A stretch of DNA of 64,000 bases from Heptranchias perlo (Eukaryota), in the NCBI RefSeq assembly GCF_035084215.1, contig NC_090365.1, forward strand, positions 9,610,001 to 9,674,000. The letters run 5' to 3'. Position 1 is the first letter of the stretch; every line of letters begins with the position of its first letter. The position numbers and the translations under genes were made by a program. Below the pieces are notes generated by a model. That model did no database searches and was not told where the DNA came from. It saw nothing but the letters and a program-made list of their open reading frames with translations. Shown piece after piece: positions 12,101 through 24,384 of this stretch.

Positions 12101-13399
12101 TAATTTTCTGCAGCCAGATACCATGGACATCATTTCTGGTAAATTGATGCTGTAAGATCTTGACCATTACTTTGCCCCTTAAAGAATAGTGGCCTTTTTC
12201 TTGGGTGTGTGTTTTGTGTTGGGGGATGTGTTGAGCACTGAACATCTTGTTTTGTAAAAGGCTTCCATTGCCTTATTGAAACATCTGGAAATTCTCCTCC
12301 ACTCTCCCAAGGATGGGTTGGGCAGACTTTATTTTGCTAATTTGGCATTGTTCCTCATTTGTATGCAATTGGGTTAAATTGCTGAGCAAACTTCATTTTA
12401 CTTATTTCTTGTTATATGAAGTTAACCACTAAGCCTCAATTCATGGCTGTATATGGAGTAACATCATTTCTTCTGTGGCTGCTCTTAATAGTAGTCACTG
12501 GGAGGTGATTTTTGGGGGCTTGAAGTTTTTAAAATTTGATTATCGATTGCCAAGTAAGCAAAAATATAACTTGGTATTTTAACTATTGACTTTTTGTAGT
12601 CTGTTTTAAGTCTAGCTGTTTTTTAACGTCTGACTTTAGCTTTTGGATTTACCCTGATCATCTGATGTTACTGACTCCAATGCCAATTACAGAATACTTT
12701 CATGGCTACCCATTCAGTGTAGTACCTGATGTTCATGTTGGAAGTCGCCATTGAGAGGTTGGGAGACATGCTACTAGTTCACATCATGGCATGGTGGCTT
12801 CTTGCCCCAACCTATGGTCCTCTTATAGTCTCAGTAGTCACATGCATGGGTTTTGTCACAAGTGGCAATGTTAAGATGGGTATGTTTTAATCAGTACCAT
12901 ATTGTAATTCATCATTGCATTGGACAAAAGTGGAAAGTCAAACCTGAGATTTTGGCAGCCCAAATGGTGACTGTAAATTGCGACAGCATGTATTTAACAG
13001 TCTTGTATAAATACTTCATGGAATTCCTTCATTTAATGCACAGTAGAATTCATTTTGGGTGTAATGAAGACTGTACCTGAATCTAATCCTGAAGTGATTC
13101 ACCTGTAATGAGCACATCTAATGCAGAATTGATGTTATATAATGCCTTTTAAAATGGGGTGTATATGTGTTGCCCACTATTTGGAGAAACCAAATATGCA
13201 TAGCTTAAAATTAACAGCAACTTCTAGCAAGTTTGCAAATATCTCTTGGATGTAAATCTGGTGTGTGAGGAGCCTTTGCTAGCTTAGAAATGTTCAGCTG
13301 TGGCTATTTGTGTATGATTGCAATAAAGCAAACTGGAATTATTTCTTTTGGCTAAATATTGAACTGTGCTAGTAGTCAGTTAATTTTAAACTCTGCTCT

Positions 13400-14210
13400 T
13401 GCATTATATAATCAACCATTTGCTGGGTAAGGGCACACACAGTGCAGCAGTAATAGGCAGATCTTTCTGGAGAAGCAAGCAGAATTCTTTCCTTATTGAA
13501 CAAGAACAAAAACCTGGTCCAATACATCGAGTGTCATACATTGACCCAAGATTACCCTGCAGCCACAACGATACGACATGCCATGACTTAACATACTGTG
13601 AGGCAAACCACCATTTTCCTAGACTTCTGAAGTGAAGGTAATGGAGGCAGTCAAAATGAGGCATATTCGCAAGAAATGTAACTGTTTCATTTTCAAGATT
13701 TCTTCAAATAAAAGGTCAAAAACACTGCCTCATGTGAACTGATACAGAAATGTCTCAGGGGTTTTCCCTCATTTTGCTTAGAGGAGTTTTCGGTCATAAG
13801 ACGTGTGCATTCATACAGCGCTCTTGAAGTACATGCCGAGTTCCTTCCACCAGTCAACCCAACCTGCTGAAACACCAGTTTTCTACATTCCTACATTTCA
13901 GAGAACATTCAGACATCTGCCATAAACAGATGATACTCGGCAACATGCAGCTTCAACAGGAGGGATAAGAGGCACATTGTGTGAGGCACATCAGTACAGC
14001 CATTTTGCTGCATAAATGATACATTACCAATGGTACACTACTTCATTTTGGACACCTATGTGGGAGATGTACACAGATCCTTCCCAAGTAAGCCTTGCTA
14101 CCACAAAGCCCAAGACCAACACATCCAACACTACTTTCAGGAGAGCGACATGGAGGAACACTGGGTTTTCATATTCACAACTTTTTACTGAACCATTTGA
14201 CATCTGAAGA
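13400..14210 (+). promoter_or_regulatory. HNRNPL: CA-rich cluster, putative hnRNP L autoregulatory binding region
   Basis: Dense ACA/CACA/TACAT motifs (e.g. CCAACACATCCAACACTAC) just upstream of exon 6A, against a T/G-rich intron background. Confidence 0.65.
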
Positions 14211-14323
14211 ATCTTTTACGTGAACTGTGAACGTTAAGAAATTGTTGCTAGATGCAATTGTTAGAAGCTAGTACTGCCTTTTGTAAAAAATTTCTATTCA
14301 TTGCTGTAAAACGTGTAATGCAG

Positions 14324-14390
14324 GGTTGAAGCATATGTTTGGGGCGCCATCTTTCAAAACTGCAATAAGTTGCTGTTGAAGCATTGGGTG
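14324..14390 (+). other. HNRNPL: Poison exon 6A (NMD-inducing cassette exon)
   Basis: GCAG acceptor, GTAAGG donor, 67 nt, in-frame TGA at 14377-14379; core GCGCCATCTTTCA...CTGTTGAAGC resembles mammalian HNRNPL exon 6A as recalled. Confidence 0.82.
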
Positions 14391-14709
14391 GTAAGGAAAA
14401 AATACAGAAATGTTGTGCACATGGACGTTGTTCTCTAACTCTGGCTGTAAGTAGACCTTTTTATGCTTGAACCTTTGTGGCAATAGATCTGTTAGACTAC
14501 ACTGTTGTATAAAATTCAAAGCAGAACTCTTAAATATGTATCTCTGTGTACTGTGGAAAAATTGTAATACTTTTAATGTACTCAATGCTGATTTTCCTCT
14601 TTGATATTTGCTCTGTGACTTTTCTATTGTAAAATTTTTTTGGGGGTGCCATTGGCAGCGTGGGTGATGAATTTAACTTTTTTTTTCTACGTCCCCATCA
14701 CTTTTGCAG

Positions 14710-14769
14710 GAGATCCTAACAAGCGACAGAGGCAACCAGCTTTGCTTGGAGATCATCCGTCAGAGTACG
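14710..14769 (+). CDS. HNRNPL: hnRNP L exon 7
   Basis: GDPNKRQRQPALLGDHPSEY; acceptor TTTTGCAG, donor GTGAGA. Confidence 0.93.
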
Positions 14770-15558
14770 GTGAGAATTAGAGCTGGGGGGGTGCTGATCT
14801 GGCTTGACTACAAAGGCTATCTTGATTACTTTGAAAATAATCAATAGTTGTTCTCCCTTTTTTTGGGAAAGGGGGCAGAGAAAGTTTATTCTTGCTTAGG
14901 TTTTTCCCTTTTTTTAAGGTGGTAACTTGTGCTGGGTTCAATTTGTCTTTTGTAATTAGTTTAGTATATTGTCTGTTGCTCAAGTGACCATTCACTTGTA
15001 AGCTTGGGTAGTGAATGGTTGACTCTTCATTGTGTCACAACTGAACTTGATCCTGCCCTTGCTTTGAGGTACTGTGCACTTCCAGCAGGGGTTGCTAAAT
15101 AGACACCAATGGGAGTGAATTCACTGGCAATCAATTTGGATTTCTGGCATCTCTGCTGTTGTGACAAGGCCAATTATAGTCATGCCTTAGCTGGGATTGG
15201 TTGACTGAACAGGGAATCCAACATGATCTGGCATGGCTGACCATCACATATGCAGTTATCTACTGAGCCATTGGTAGGAGAAGTCAGCCAGCTGAATTTG
15301 CAGCTAATTCTGAATTCTGAATGCTAATGTAAGTGTTTTTGCTTGTGACTGCTCCATGTGGTATATCTTAAATTTTTATAGGGCACAACATATCCCCATA
15401 GTCACTGAAGAATTATCGCTGTTCTTTACCCTACCTGTGTTGGCGCAGCAATATGATTGTAACTACATTGTGGCTGTGTAGAGTAGATTTTCCATTGTGT
15501 TAACTTCTAGTACAGAAAGAGGATGCCTGCTAAATCTCCCTTTTGCTTGTCTCCTAAG

Positions 15559-15842
15559 GAGCCCCACAAGGAGGATATAGTCACTATCCAGATGACGACT
15601 ATGGTCCACCTGCCCATTATGAGCGCCGTAGGATGGGAGGTCCACCTCCAGTGGGGGGTCCTCACAGGGGCCCTCCCAGTCAACGCTATGGGCCTCAATA
15701 TGGTCCCCCACCTCCGCCACCACCACCAGAATATGGGCCTCAAGCAGAAAGTCCAGTGCTAATGGTTTATGGGTTGGACCCTTCGAGGATGAATTGTGAC
15801 CGAGTGTTCAACATCTTCTGTCTGTATGGAAATGTGGAAAAG
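15559..15842 (+). CDS. HNRNPL: hnRNP L exon 8 (Pro-rich linker, start of RRM3)
   Basis: GAPQGGYSHY...PPPPPPPPEYGPQAESPVLMVYGLD...CLYGNVEK; donor GTATGT. Confidence 0.95.
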
Positions 15843-16103
15843 GTATGTGTTTTTTGGGAGAGAATCTAAATGCCTTACTCCTCGGATTTTCAGATGAGGC
15901 CATATAATGATTGATGTGAATAAACTACCCATATTTCATTGGATAGGTGATAAATGCCTGTTGCTGTTTGAGATGGAGGTTTTCATAAATCAATGATGCA
16001 ACTTCTCTTAGTACCAAAACAGGGTTGATGGGATACTCTTGTGATTGGGCCAAGTGGCTTTTTCATTCTGTGCTTTCCAAGTGACCTTTTGTTGTTTTTT
16101 CAG

Positions 16104-16225
16104 GTGAAATTCATGAAGAGTAAGCCAGGAGCTGCCATGGTAGAGATGGGAGATGGGTTTGCTGTGGATCGTGCCATCAGCCACTTGAATAACACTTATA
16201 TGTTTGACCAAAAGTTAAATGTTTG
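16104..16225 (+). CDS. HNRNPL: hnRNP L exon 9
   Basis: VKFMKSKPGAAMVEMGDGFAVDRAISHLNNTYMFDQKLNV; donor GTAGGT. Confidence 0.95.
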
Positions 16226-17076
16226 GTAGGTGCCAACTTGAAATTTATATAGGTGAGGAAATGTGGAAAATTGATTTATTTCTCAAGGATTCCAGGAATA
16301 ACTGGAATTGGACCACTGCTTTGACTTTTTTGGGTTTCACTCCCAATCTGGATACCCCTGTGGAAGTCTGGTATGATCTTTAAAATACGTGCTTGGTTAA
16401 AAGTGTACCTACGTACAATAGATCGAGGTGAAAGTGTAAAACAATTGGAGCTGCCATCGGTTGAGAGTAGGAGGTCCTAGTCAGATCCATGGTTTGAGAT
16501 CTGCTACACTGTTAAACCAAGTTCTGGTAATCACTTGTGACTCAAGTGTTGGAAAATTGGTTTATAGTTAAGACATTACAAATGTGTGGAAGGGATAGCT
16601 GAGCACCAAGTTGGTGCTGTAAATGCTTGGGTTGGTTAAGATCTGGTCCCTGCTTCTGAAATCTGGGCCTCCTTTAAAATGGCGGTCTTGTCTGGCCTGA
16701 AGAAATCTCCTTCGGTGAAGGACCTGGAGAGAGTCTCTTCCAAATTGACTGGATTGATTTAAATAAGTGCAGGTATTACGACGTTGAGACTTCCTTCCTG
16801 ATAAAATCCCTTTGGAAAGTTGGAGCAGTCTGTTGAGGATCATTTTACTGTGCAAAATAAATGATTTTGTAGCCAGGCATTTTATCATTGTCTGTAGGGC
16901 TTGGTATGACATTAATGCAAGTACCTGCATGGTACAGTCTCTGAAGATTGTATGAATTTGATAACTGTTATGGTGTGGGAAGGGGAGATTTCTCCATGCG
17001 AGGAGGATGCAATTGAGTGCCGTTTGGGGACTTGTGTTTGAAAATGTTTGTGCTTACTGATGTGTTTTGCCTCCAG

Positions 17077-17278
17077 TGTGTCCAAACAACAGGCCATAAT
17101 GGCCGGTCAGTCATATGAGCTTGAAGATGGCTCTTGCAGTTTTAAGGATTTCTCTGGGTCCAGAAACAATCGCTTCACCACTCCAGAGCAAGCCAGCAAG
17201 AACCGAATCCAGCACCCAAGCAATGTCCTACATTACTTCAATGCCCCTCCAGAGGTGACAGAGGAAGCTTTCTGCGAG
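17077..17278 (+). CDS. HNRNPL: hnRNP L exon 10
   Basis: VSKQQAIMAGQSYELEDGSCSFKDFSGSRNNRF...EEAFCE; donor GTACTA. Confidence 0.95.
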
Positions 17279-17639
17279 GTACTATGTGGTTATGAAAATT
17301 ATTTTCAGTAAGGGTATGATATTTTGCATATCTTGGCTATTGGTTTATCTCTGTTTCTGGCCATTTTATCTTGCCAATCGTTGTCTATAGACCTATAAGA
17401 CAATGAGGTGACTGTTTTGAATATGTGCACTTGAGTAAAAGATATGGCATTTGATAGCTTGGTGGTTTTGCTTTGAGACCACTCGGGGATCTAAACTAGA
17501 AGTAGGGCTGTTTTGCAACTTTAAACTTTGAGTTTGCTGATTGATAAACTCAGTAACGAAAGCGAAATGGCAAAAATTAAACTCTTTTCTCTCAGCATTT
17601 ACTGGGGGTGGGGGGGAACTAACATGGCGGGCAGGACAT

Positions 17640-19710
17640 TAGAAGAGATCAAAAAAGATAGTCATTTAAGATAGAATGGGGGGAGGTAATAAACTAATCA
17701 AACTTAGAGGATAAAACCCCTGTAATATTCAAAAGTTAAGGAAGAGATAGCAGAGGCACTTACATATATAAAAATTCATTAGAAAAGGGAATAGTGCCAG
17801 AGGACTGGCTAACAGCTAATGTGATTCCTATATTTAAAAAGGGAAATAGAACAAGTCCAGGGAACTAAAGATCAATTAGCTTAATGGCGGTGGTAGGAAA
17901 GATAATGGAATCCTTACTCAAAGATGTAATAGAAAAACATTTAGAAACAAGAAAATATAATAAAGAATAATTAGCACTGATTTCAGAAGGGAAGGTCGTG
18001 CTTGACCAACCTTACTGAATTCTTTGACAAAGGGTAGTGGACTCGGGTAATACAGTAGATGTAATATATTTGGATTTTCAAAGGCTTTCGATAAAGTACC
18101 CTATAGTAGATTCATGACTAAGGTCAGAGCTTGTGGAGTCCAGGGACATGTAGCAGCAAAATGGATACAAAAAAGTAGAGGTTAAGAGTGATTGCTCAGA
18201 CTGGCAAAAAGTGTGAAGTGGTGATCCACAAGGATCGATGCTGGGACCACTGTTCACCGTTTCCATAAACTGTTTGGAATTGGAAGTACAATTTCAATTT
18301 GTGGATGACACCAAATGGGGGGGTATAGTTAATACTGAGGAGGACTGTGACAAAGTACAAGAAGACATTAATAAACTTGCAGAATGGGTGTAATTGGCAA
18401 ATTAATTTTAACATAGATAACTGAGTTGGTACATTTTGGTAGGAAGAATGAGGCCACAATACTCCCTAAAAATGAGAGTCTAAATGGGGTAGAGGAGCAG
18501 TGGGATCTGGGATACACCAATCGATTAAAAATAGCAATGCAGGTTAAACGGCCATTAAAATACTAAGTACTAGGGTTCATTTCTAGAGGGAAAGAATTGA
18601 AAAGCAGAGGTTATGTTAAACTTATGTAGAACCTTCAAAAGCAAAATACTGCCAAGGCTGGAAATCTGAAATAGAAACAGAAAATGCTGGCAATACTCAG
18701 CAAGTCAGGCAGCATCTGTGGAGAAAGAATGAGTTAACGTTTCAGGTTGAAGACCCTTTGTCAGAACTAGAAGATTCAAGCTTAAATGGTTTTTAAGCAA
18801 ATACAGAGCCAGGGAAAGGTGGGGGAGGGAAGAACAAAAGGGAAGGTCTCTGGGGTGGAGGGCAGGAGTGATTAAATGACGCATGGGATGATGGTGCAAG
18901 GCAAGGAGGGTGGTAAAGAAACAAAAGATGGGTCTAGAGGAGCTGTAAATGGCAACATCAGAACCATTACCAGCACCTGCTGTCTGGAAAAATGGGAGCA
19001 GTGGTTATGATCTGAAGTTATCGAAATCAGTGAGTGCAGAAGGTTGTAAAGTGCCTAATCGTAAGATGAGGTGCAGTGTAAGAGGCCGAGGGAGTGGGAC
19101 TGGGAATTAAAACAGCAAGCAACCGGCAGGTCAGGGTCACGTTTTTGGACTGAGCGGAAGTGTTCAGCATAGAACCTTGGTTAGATCGCACTTGGAGTAC
19201 TGTGAACAGTTCTGGTCTCTATTATAAAAGGACTGGAGACGATGCAAAAAAATTTACTAGGATGACACCAGAACTCTGAGGTTATATATCAGGAAAGATT
19301 GAACAGGCTGGGGCTCTTTTCTCTGGGAAAGAAAAGACTGAGGGGTGACCTGATAGAGGTGTTTAAAATTATGAAAGGGTAGATGTAGAAGTTTCCACTT
19401 GCAGGGGAGACCAGAACTAGGGGCCATAAATATGAGTCACTAATAAATCCAATAGGGAATTCAAGAGAAACTTCTTTACCCAGAGTGGTTAGAATGTGGA
19501 ACTCGCTACCACAAGGAATGGTTGAGGTGAATAGCATAGATGCATTTAAGGGGAAGCTAGATAAACATGAGGGAGAAAGGAACAGAAGGATATGTTGATG
19601 GGATTAGATGAAGGGTGGGTGGTGGCTCCTGTGGAGCATAAATACTGGCATGGACCTGTTGGGCTGAATGGCCTGTTTCTGTGCTGTACATTATATATAA
19701 TTCTATGTAA
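17640..19710 (+). mobile_element. Degenerate CR1 LINE (RT region to 3' tail), interrupted by a nested insertion
   Basis: Frameshifted CR1 ORF2 motifs (PEDW..ANVIPIFKKG, LDFQ.AFDKVP, LV..HLEYC.QFWS) and a CR1-type tail. Confidence 0.85.
18636..19169 (-). mobile_element. Penelope-like fragment nested in CR1
   Basis: Flanked by TAGAACCTT at 18627-18635 and 19170-19178; minus strand reads AGTT-CTGACAA-stem-GAAACGTT-AACT, a degenerate hammerhead core. Confidence 0.65.
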
Positions 19711-20006
19711 CATCCACACAGCTGAATTGTAGTGATTCTCAGAATGGTAATGGCAGAGATGGAGATGTGTTTGCAGTTCTTGGCTTCAATCCCTCAATCA
19801 GCACTGCTTATAACAGTGAGCACTCAAACAGAGAATGCAAGGTGTCTCCTGTAACACCCAGTGTCAGTTTAAAAGTTGTGTTGTGGCTCTATTTTGCTTG
19901 GAAAGTGGGAGGGGGGGGGGGGTAATGTGACATGGGCATGAAACCATGGTAAATTGAAAAGCCTTCTAACTACAACAGGAAACTTATAGCTACTTTATTG
20001 TTTCAG

Positions 20007-20064
20007 GTGTGTGATGAGCTGGGTTTGAAGAGGCCATCTGCCTTCAAATTATTTTCTGGCAAGA
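20007..20064 (+). CDS. HNRNPL: hnRNP L exon 11
   Basis: VCDELGLKRPSAFKLFSGK; acceptor TTTCAG, donor GTAAGT. Confidence 0.93.
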
Positions 20065-21145
20065 GTAAGTACCTAATGTTTGTGGTTAGAAACCAGTGAG
20101 TTTGTGTCCCATTGCAGAGTGCTTGGGTCAGTAAACCCAGAGTTATTATAGGACAGCACACTTATAGTAAGAAAGCTACTGAGCAGCTTGCTGCATCTGA
20201 TGTTTGTAACTGGGCTGTTCCTAGATCTAGGTCAGGAAATGCATGCCCATTCAAATCTAGAGCTATTCCACCTGTGTGAGTAATTCTGGTTGAAAATTCA
20301 ACTTGCACCCTACTGTCTGGGCTTTTGAAGCAGTGTCTTCAGTTATCAGACTCTACAGCCAGCAGTGTTGCTTGATCTGTTAGTCTAGCCGTAGTATGGT
20401 AGCCAAGTGCCAACCGTTCTGCACTCTGTCATTTACAAAGAATTTCCACTACATGCATGGAAGGTGCTGACTCTTGTGTGTTTTCTTCTGCAAACTTGAA
20501 ATTAGTCTTTTGGATTACATTTCTGCCCAGTTCAGTACATCAATTATGTATCAACATTGTGACCATTGCACTGAGGTTCAAAAGTTTCAGTCTTTAGCAT
20601 AGACCAATTTAGAGATTAGCTGCCATTGATGTAGTCAGTTAATGCGACTGCATTAATCCCAGGAAATTGTGTAACTGTTCTAGGTGGCCAGCTTTGCAAG
20701 ACACCAGTTACAACATTCATAGTCTGGGAACGGTGCTGGTAGCTGGCTGCATAGATTAGTGCCTTCAACACACTGACCTCACAATGAATCAAAAAGCTTT
20801 AGTCATTCTTTATCAACAGAAAACCATTTCATGCAGACAGCCTGCCATTCCCTTGGCTGTCAGTGACATTTGCTGTAAGTCACAGGGTAGTACAGGCTGT
20901 CCTTGACTACTTTCCTCTCCTGTACTGACCTGACGGTCTTTTATTTCCGTCTCTTCCCAGCTGCCAAAAATAAGCTGGAGGCTGAATGGCACCAGTCCAT
21001 TGCTCTCCAGTGTTGCCTCTATCAAATGACTCTGGCCTTCAGCTATTGTAATTACAGCCAGGTTTTAGGTAGCTTTATTTAATATATCCAAGAGGCTGTA
21101 ATGTTTTGGCACACAGGATCTGAATCCAGTTTATTATCCTTGTAG

Positions 21146-21241
21146 GTGAGAGAAGTTCCTCCGGCCTAATTGAGTGGGACTCGAAGAACGATGCAATGGA
21201 GTCGCTGTCCCTGCTGAATCACTATCAAATGAAAAACCCAA
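21146..21241 (+). CDS. HNRNPL: hnRNP L exon 12
   Basis: SERSSSGLIEWDSKNDAMESLSLLNHYQMKNP; donor GTATGT. Confidence 0.95.
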
Positions 21242-21948
21242 GTATGTCTTTCTGGCTAAGATCTTGCTGAGTTGTTTTGTTAATCACTTGTTTTAAAGAC
21301 AACTAGTTTAGCTCAAAACACCTAACACATCAGTGTACTTGGCCATTCAAATGTTTTCTTTTCCATGTTCATTTTCCAAGTACTTGGGATGGTGTTTTGG
21401 TTCAGAGAGCAATGAACATTTATCTACCTCCACAAATGATTTTACCATTTGCTGTTGTAACCCTCTGCAAGCACTGCTGAGGCACTTACGACTGGTGTAA
21501 AGGAGCGTGCCTAATATCTGATGCCAATCCAGAATTTCCCATGAGAAGTTGCTGATGTACAAAATGGTTGCAGACAGATTTACAACATGCTACATCCAGC
21601 AAATGCAACCCCAGATCATTCCTTGCACTACTGTAGTACCAACAGTGCGCCCTCCAGTACAGCACTGTTCTGTATTAGCAACACAGTCCACCCTCAAATT
21701 ATTACAGATTCTAGTTGCCCCTTTTATTGCTTGACCCACAAACTCTTCCTAAATGCATCTGATTTTTTTTTTCTTTTTTAGTGTGTGGTATTTTACCTGA
21801 GTTTTGTAAAGCTGACGTGGGATGTCCACTAGAATCTGAAATTAAATGTCCTTTGCTGTATGTAGGCCCTTTCCAAGATGAGTGATGGGGAGGAGTGATT
21901 CGGGTACCTATTGTGGAGTCACTAATGTATCTTTCCCCCCCACCCCAG

Positions 21949-22007
21949 GTGGCCCTTATCCATACACTCTGAAACTCTGCTTCTCCACGGTGCAGCATGC
22001 AGCATAA
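21949..22007 (+). CDS. HNRNPL: hnRNP L exon 13 (last coding exon)
   Basis: SGPYPYTLKLCFSTVQHAA then TAA at 22005-22007. Confidence 0.95.
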
Positions 22008-22241
22008 AGACTCGAACACTTCAGACAACATGGACTGCTAGCCATTCTCCATTATTGTGACTGTTGTATTTTAGTATTTTTATGCTAAGTTAACGTGCAG
22101 TAACCTTTCATTTGTGCAAAAGGAATGAGCCACAATTTACGACAAATATTCCAGTTTTTTATTTTGGTAGATTTCAGTTTAACTTTTTTTAAAGTAACCT
22201 GTATTGTAGAAGTGAAATGCCCCTTATTTTTATCTGCTGTG

Positions 22242-22282
22242 ATTAAACGATGCTGCAGATCTCAGCACTACAATTCAATAAA
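22242..22282 (+). terminator. HNRNPL: Candidate HNRNPL polyadenylation signals
   Basis: ATTAAA at 22242 and AATAAA at 22277, with GT/T-rich sequence downstream. Confidence 0.55.
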
Positions 22283-22475
22283 TGATAAAATCAGTTTAAC
22301 TGGTACAACTGTGGCCTTTTTGTTTGAAGATTCAGTGGAAGGTCTTTTTGAGGAGCATGAGCTGAGTGCTGCTCTAACAGTCACATTAGTTTGGGTGGGT
22401 CTGGCTGACTCATTTCTCTTCCTACTTTCTGCTAGCCCCTCTCCCTCTTCCCACTTTGTGGAACAGTGACACAGT

Positions 22476-22598
22476 CCACACGGACTGCAGCGATTCAAGA
22501 AGGCGGCTCACCACCACCTTCTCGAGGGCAATTAGGGATGGGCAATAAATGCCGGCCTCGCCAGTGACGCCTACATCCCATAAGTGAATTTAAAAAAG
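22476..22598 (+). mobile_element. Short 3' tail copy of the LINE family at 60195-63529
   Basis: Near-identical to about 63408-63529 (CACACGGACTGCAGCG...GGGCAATTAGGGATGGGCAATAAATG). Confidence 0.9.
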
Positions 22599-24249
22599 TT
22601 TCCGAATCAAATGTGCAAATCATTTTATGACCCCCAAATCATTTGGGAGAGATTTTGAGCAGAAGCTGAGCGTGGATTTACGTCTCACTTCTCTACCACT
22701 TTATTATCAGACTGCTGTAAATAAATGGGTGGGAGACGGATCCTGTTTATAGCAGGTAATCCTTGTATTATATCTGGTGTGTGATGTGTACAATGGACTG
22801 TGGCAGTTTGATCTGGCAGATTGGTTGTTCAAGCCCAGGTGTCCAAATGTAAGTCAACTTTTCCACAACTTAACCCATCACAAACATCAAATGTGTCCGA
22901 TGACACAGTCTCAGCTACTCTGGGACATCGTGCCTGGAGAGACTTGTTCTTCACAGACCTGGAGCTCACCTCTCTTGGGGCACAAGCAGGCCTTGCCTGC
23001 CTATAAGAAAGCTGATTGGGTCTGGCACCACTCCACACTCTTGTAGCCAGTTAGAGAAGCACGCCGTGCAGTGCCAGAGTACAGGCGGACTGTCTTAGGA
23101 TTGCATGCTTGAGGTTTCAGTCTGTACCAGAAAAAAAACACAACTAAAGGAATGCTCAGCCGGTCAGGCAGCATCTGTGAAAAGAATATATCTCTGGTGT
23201 GGCCCCTTCATCAGAACTGGGATGAAAGGAATGCTGTGTGTTCCTTTGCCATTTTCTATATTTAAACCTATTGTAATTCTCCCTTGGGCTTCTTGGAGGC
23301 CAATTAGGTTCACTGCAGTGCCATCTTGTGGCCACACTTGCTTTTGGAAAAATATTAGTTGCCAACCAGACAAATTTCCCATAGAAGTTGCAATAAATAG
23401 ATAGGTCAATGGGCACATCTTGGCTCATCCATCCAGAAATAGTCCTCCCATTGTTAATTAATTTTGGGGTTTTACCTCCACTACTTGAAGTCCATGCCTT
23501 TTGATTGATACTGGTCCTAAATTTGCCTTTTAATAGCTTGAACCCGTGTCCTCTTAACATTCTCCTGCAATTTAGAGTCATGTAAGTACAGCACAAAAAG
23601 CCATTTGACCCCATAGCAATCTGAAGTGAAAACCAGTGATGCAGTCTCTCCCCTCACTCTTGTATCTTCCTGTTACAATTTTTTTTTAAATCTACTTTTC
23701 CCTTAAAAGATGCATTGGCATCATTAACTACCCTCTGGCCCAGCAGTATTGAGGTAAGAGGGAGAAGCAAGAAGATTAAATTTCCCTTGCAGTTGCAGAT
23801 TTGGGGTAGGCACTGTCATTTAAATATGTAGGGTTTAAATAACAGGCTCCCCATCTACTATAACTTAGAATTTAATAGAGAAAAACATCCCATTGCATTT
23901 CAGAGGCATAACCCATCTGGATCTATATGGTGTCATTGCACTATTTGGAGAGGAACAAGGAGTTTTCCCATTTCTGGCCAATCAGAAACCGATTAAAGTG
24001 AAACCTGTACATTAGACATCTAAGGGACTGGCACCACATGTCCTTTTCTTGTACGTGTCTTTATTTTCAAAATAGTCATTGAATGTACTGTAAAAAAAAT
24101 TTTCAACAACCTTGAACCAGCTGCAACAATGCTAAGGACTTAAGTTTGGAAGTGAATAGGTCAACAAAACTGATGTGCCAGGTACAGCACCTGTAAAGTG
24201 GAGCTTGTTTCCAACCACACTCGGACGTCACAACTGTACTGTGGGATTG

Positions 24250-24384
24250 GGTGCGTGTGCAGCTAATGGATCTGCGTTGGGTGTGTGCATATCTGGGTCC
24301 GCGTGGAATCTGGTGCGTGCACATCTGGGTCCGTATGGAGTTGGGTGCACGTCTGGGTCCGCGTGGAGTCGGGTGCGTGCGCGT
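24250..24384. repeat. Degenerate tandem repeat of about 30 bp
   Basis: Recurrent GGTGCGTGCACATCTGGGTCCGCGTGGA-like units. Confidence 0.6.

Larger units (their letters stand above)
510..22007 (+). other. HNRNPL: HNRNPL gene span, 13 coding exons, 1581 nt CDS, 526 aa
   Basis: Exons join in frame across all phases and give four RRMs plus a Pro-rich linker matching hnRNP L as recalled (VVHVRGL, ISRPGDSDD, KNPSGPYPYTLKLCFST). Confidence 0.95.
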
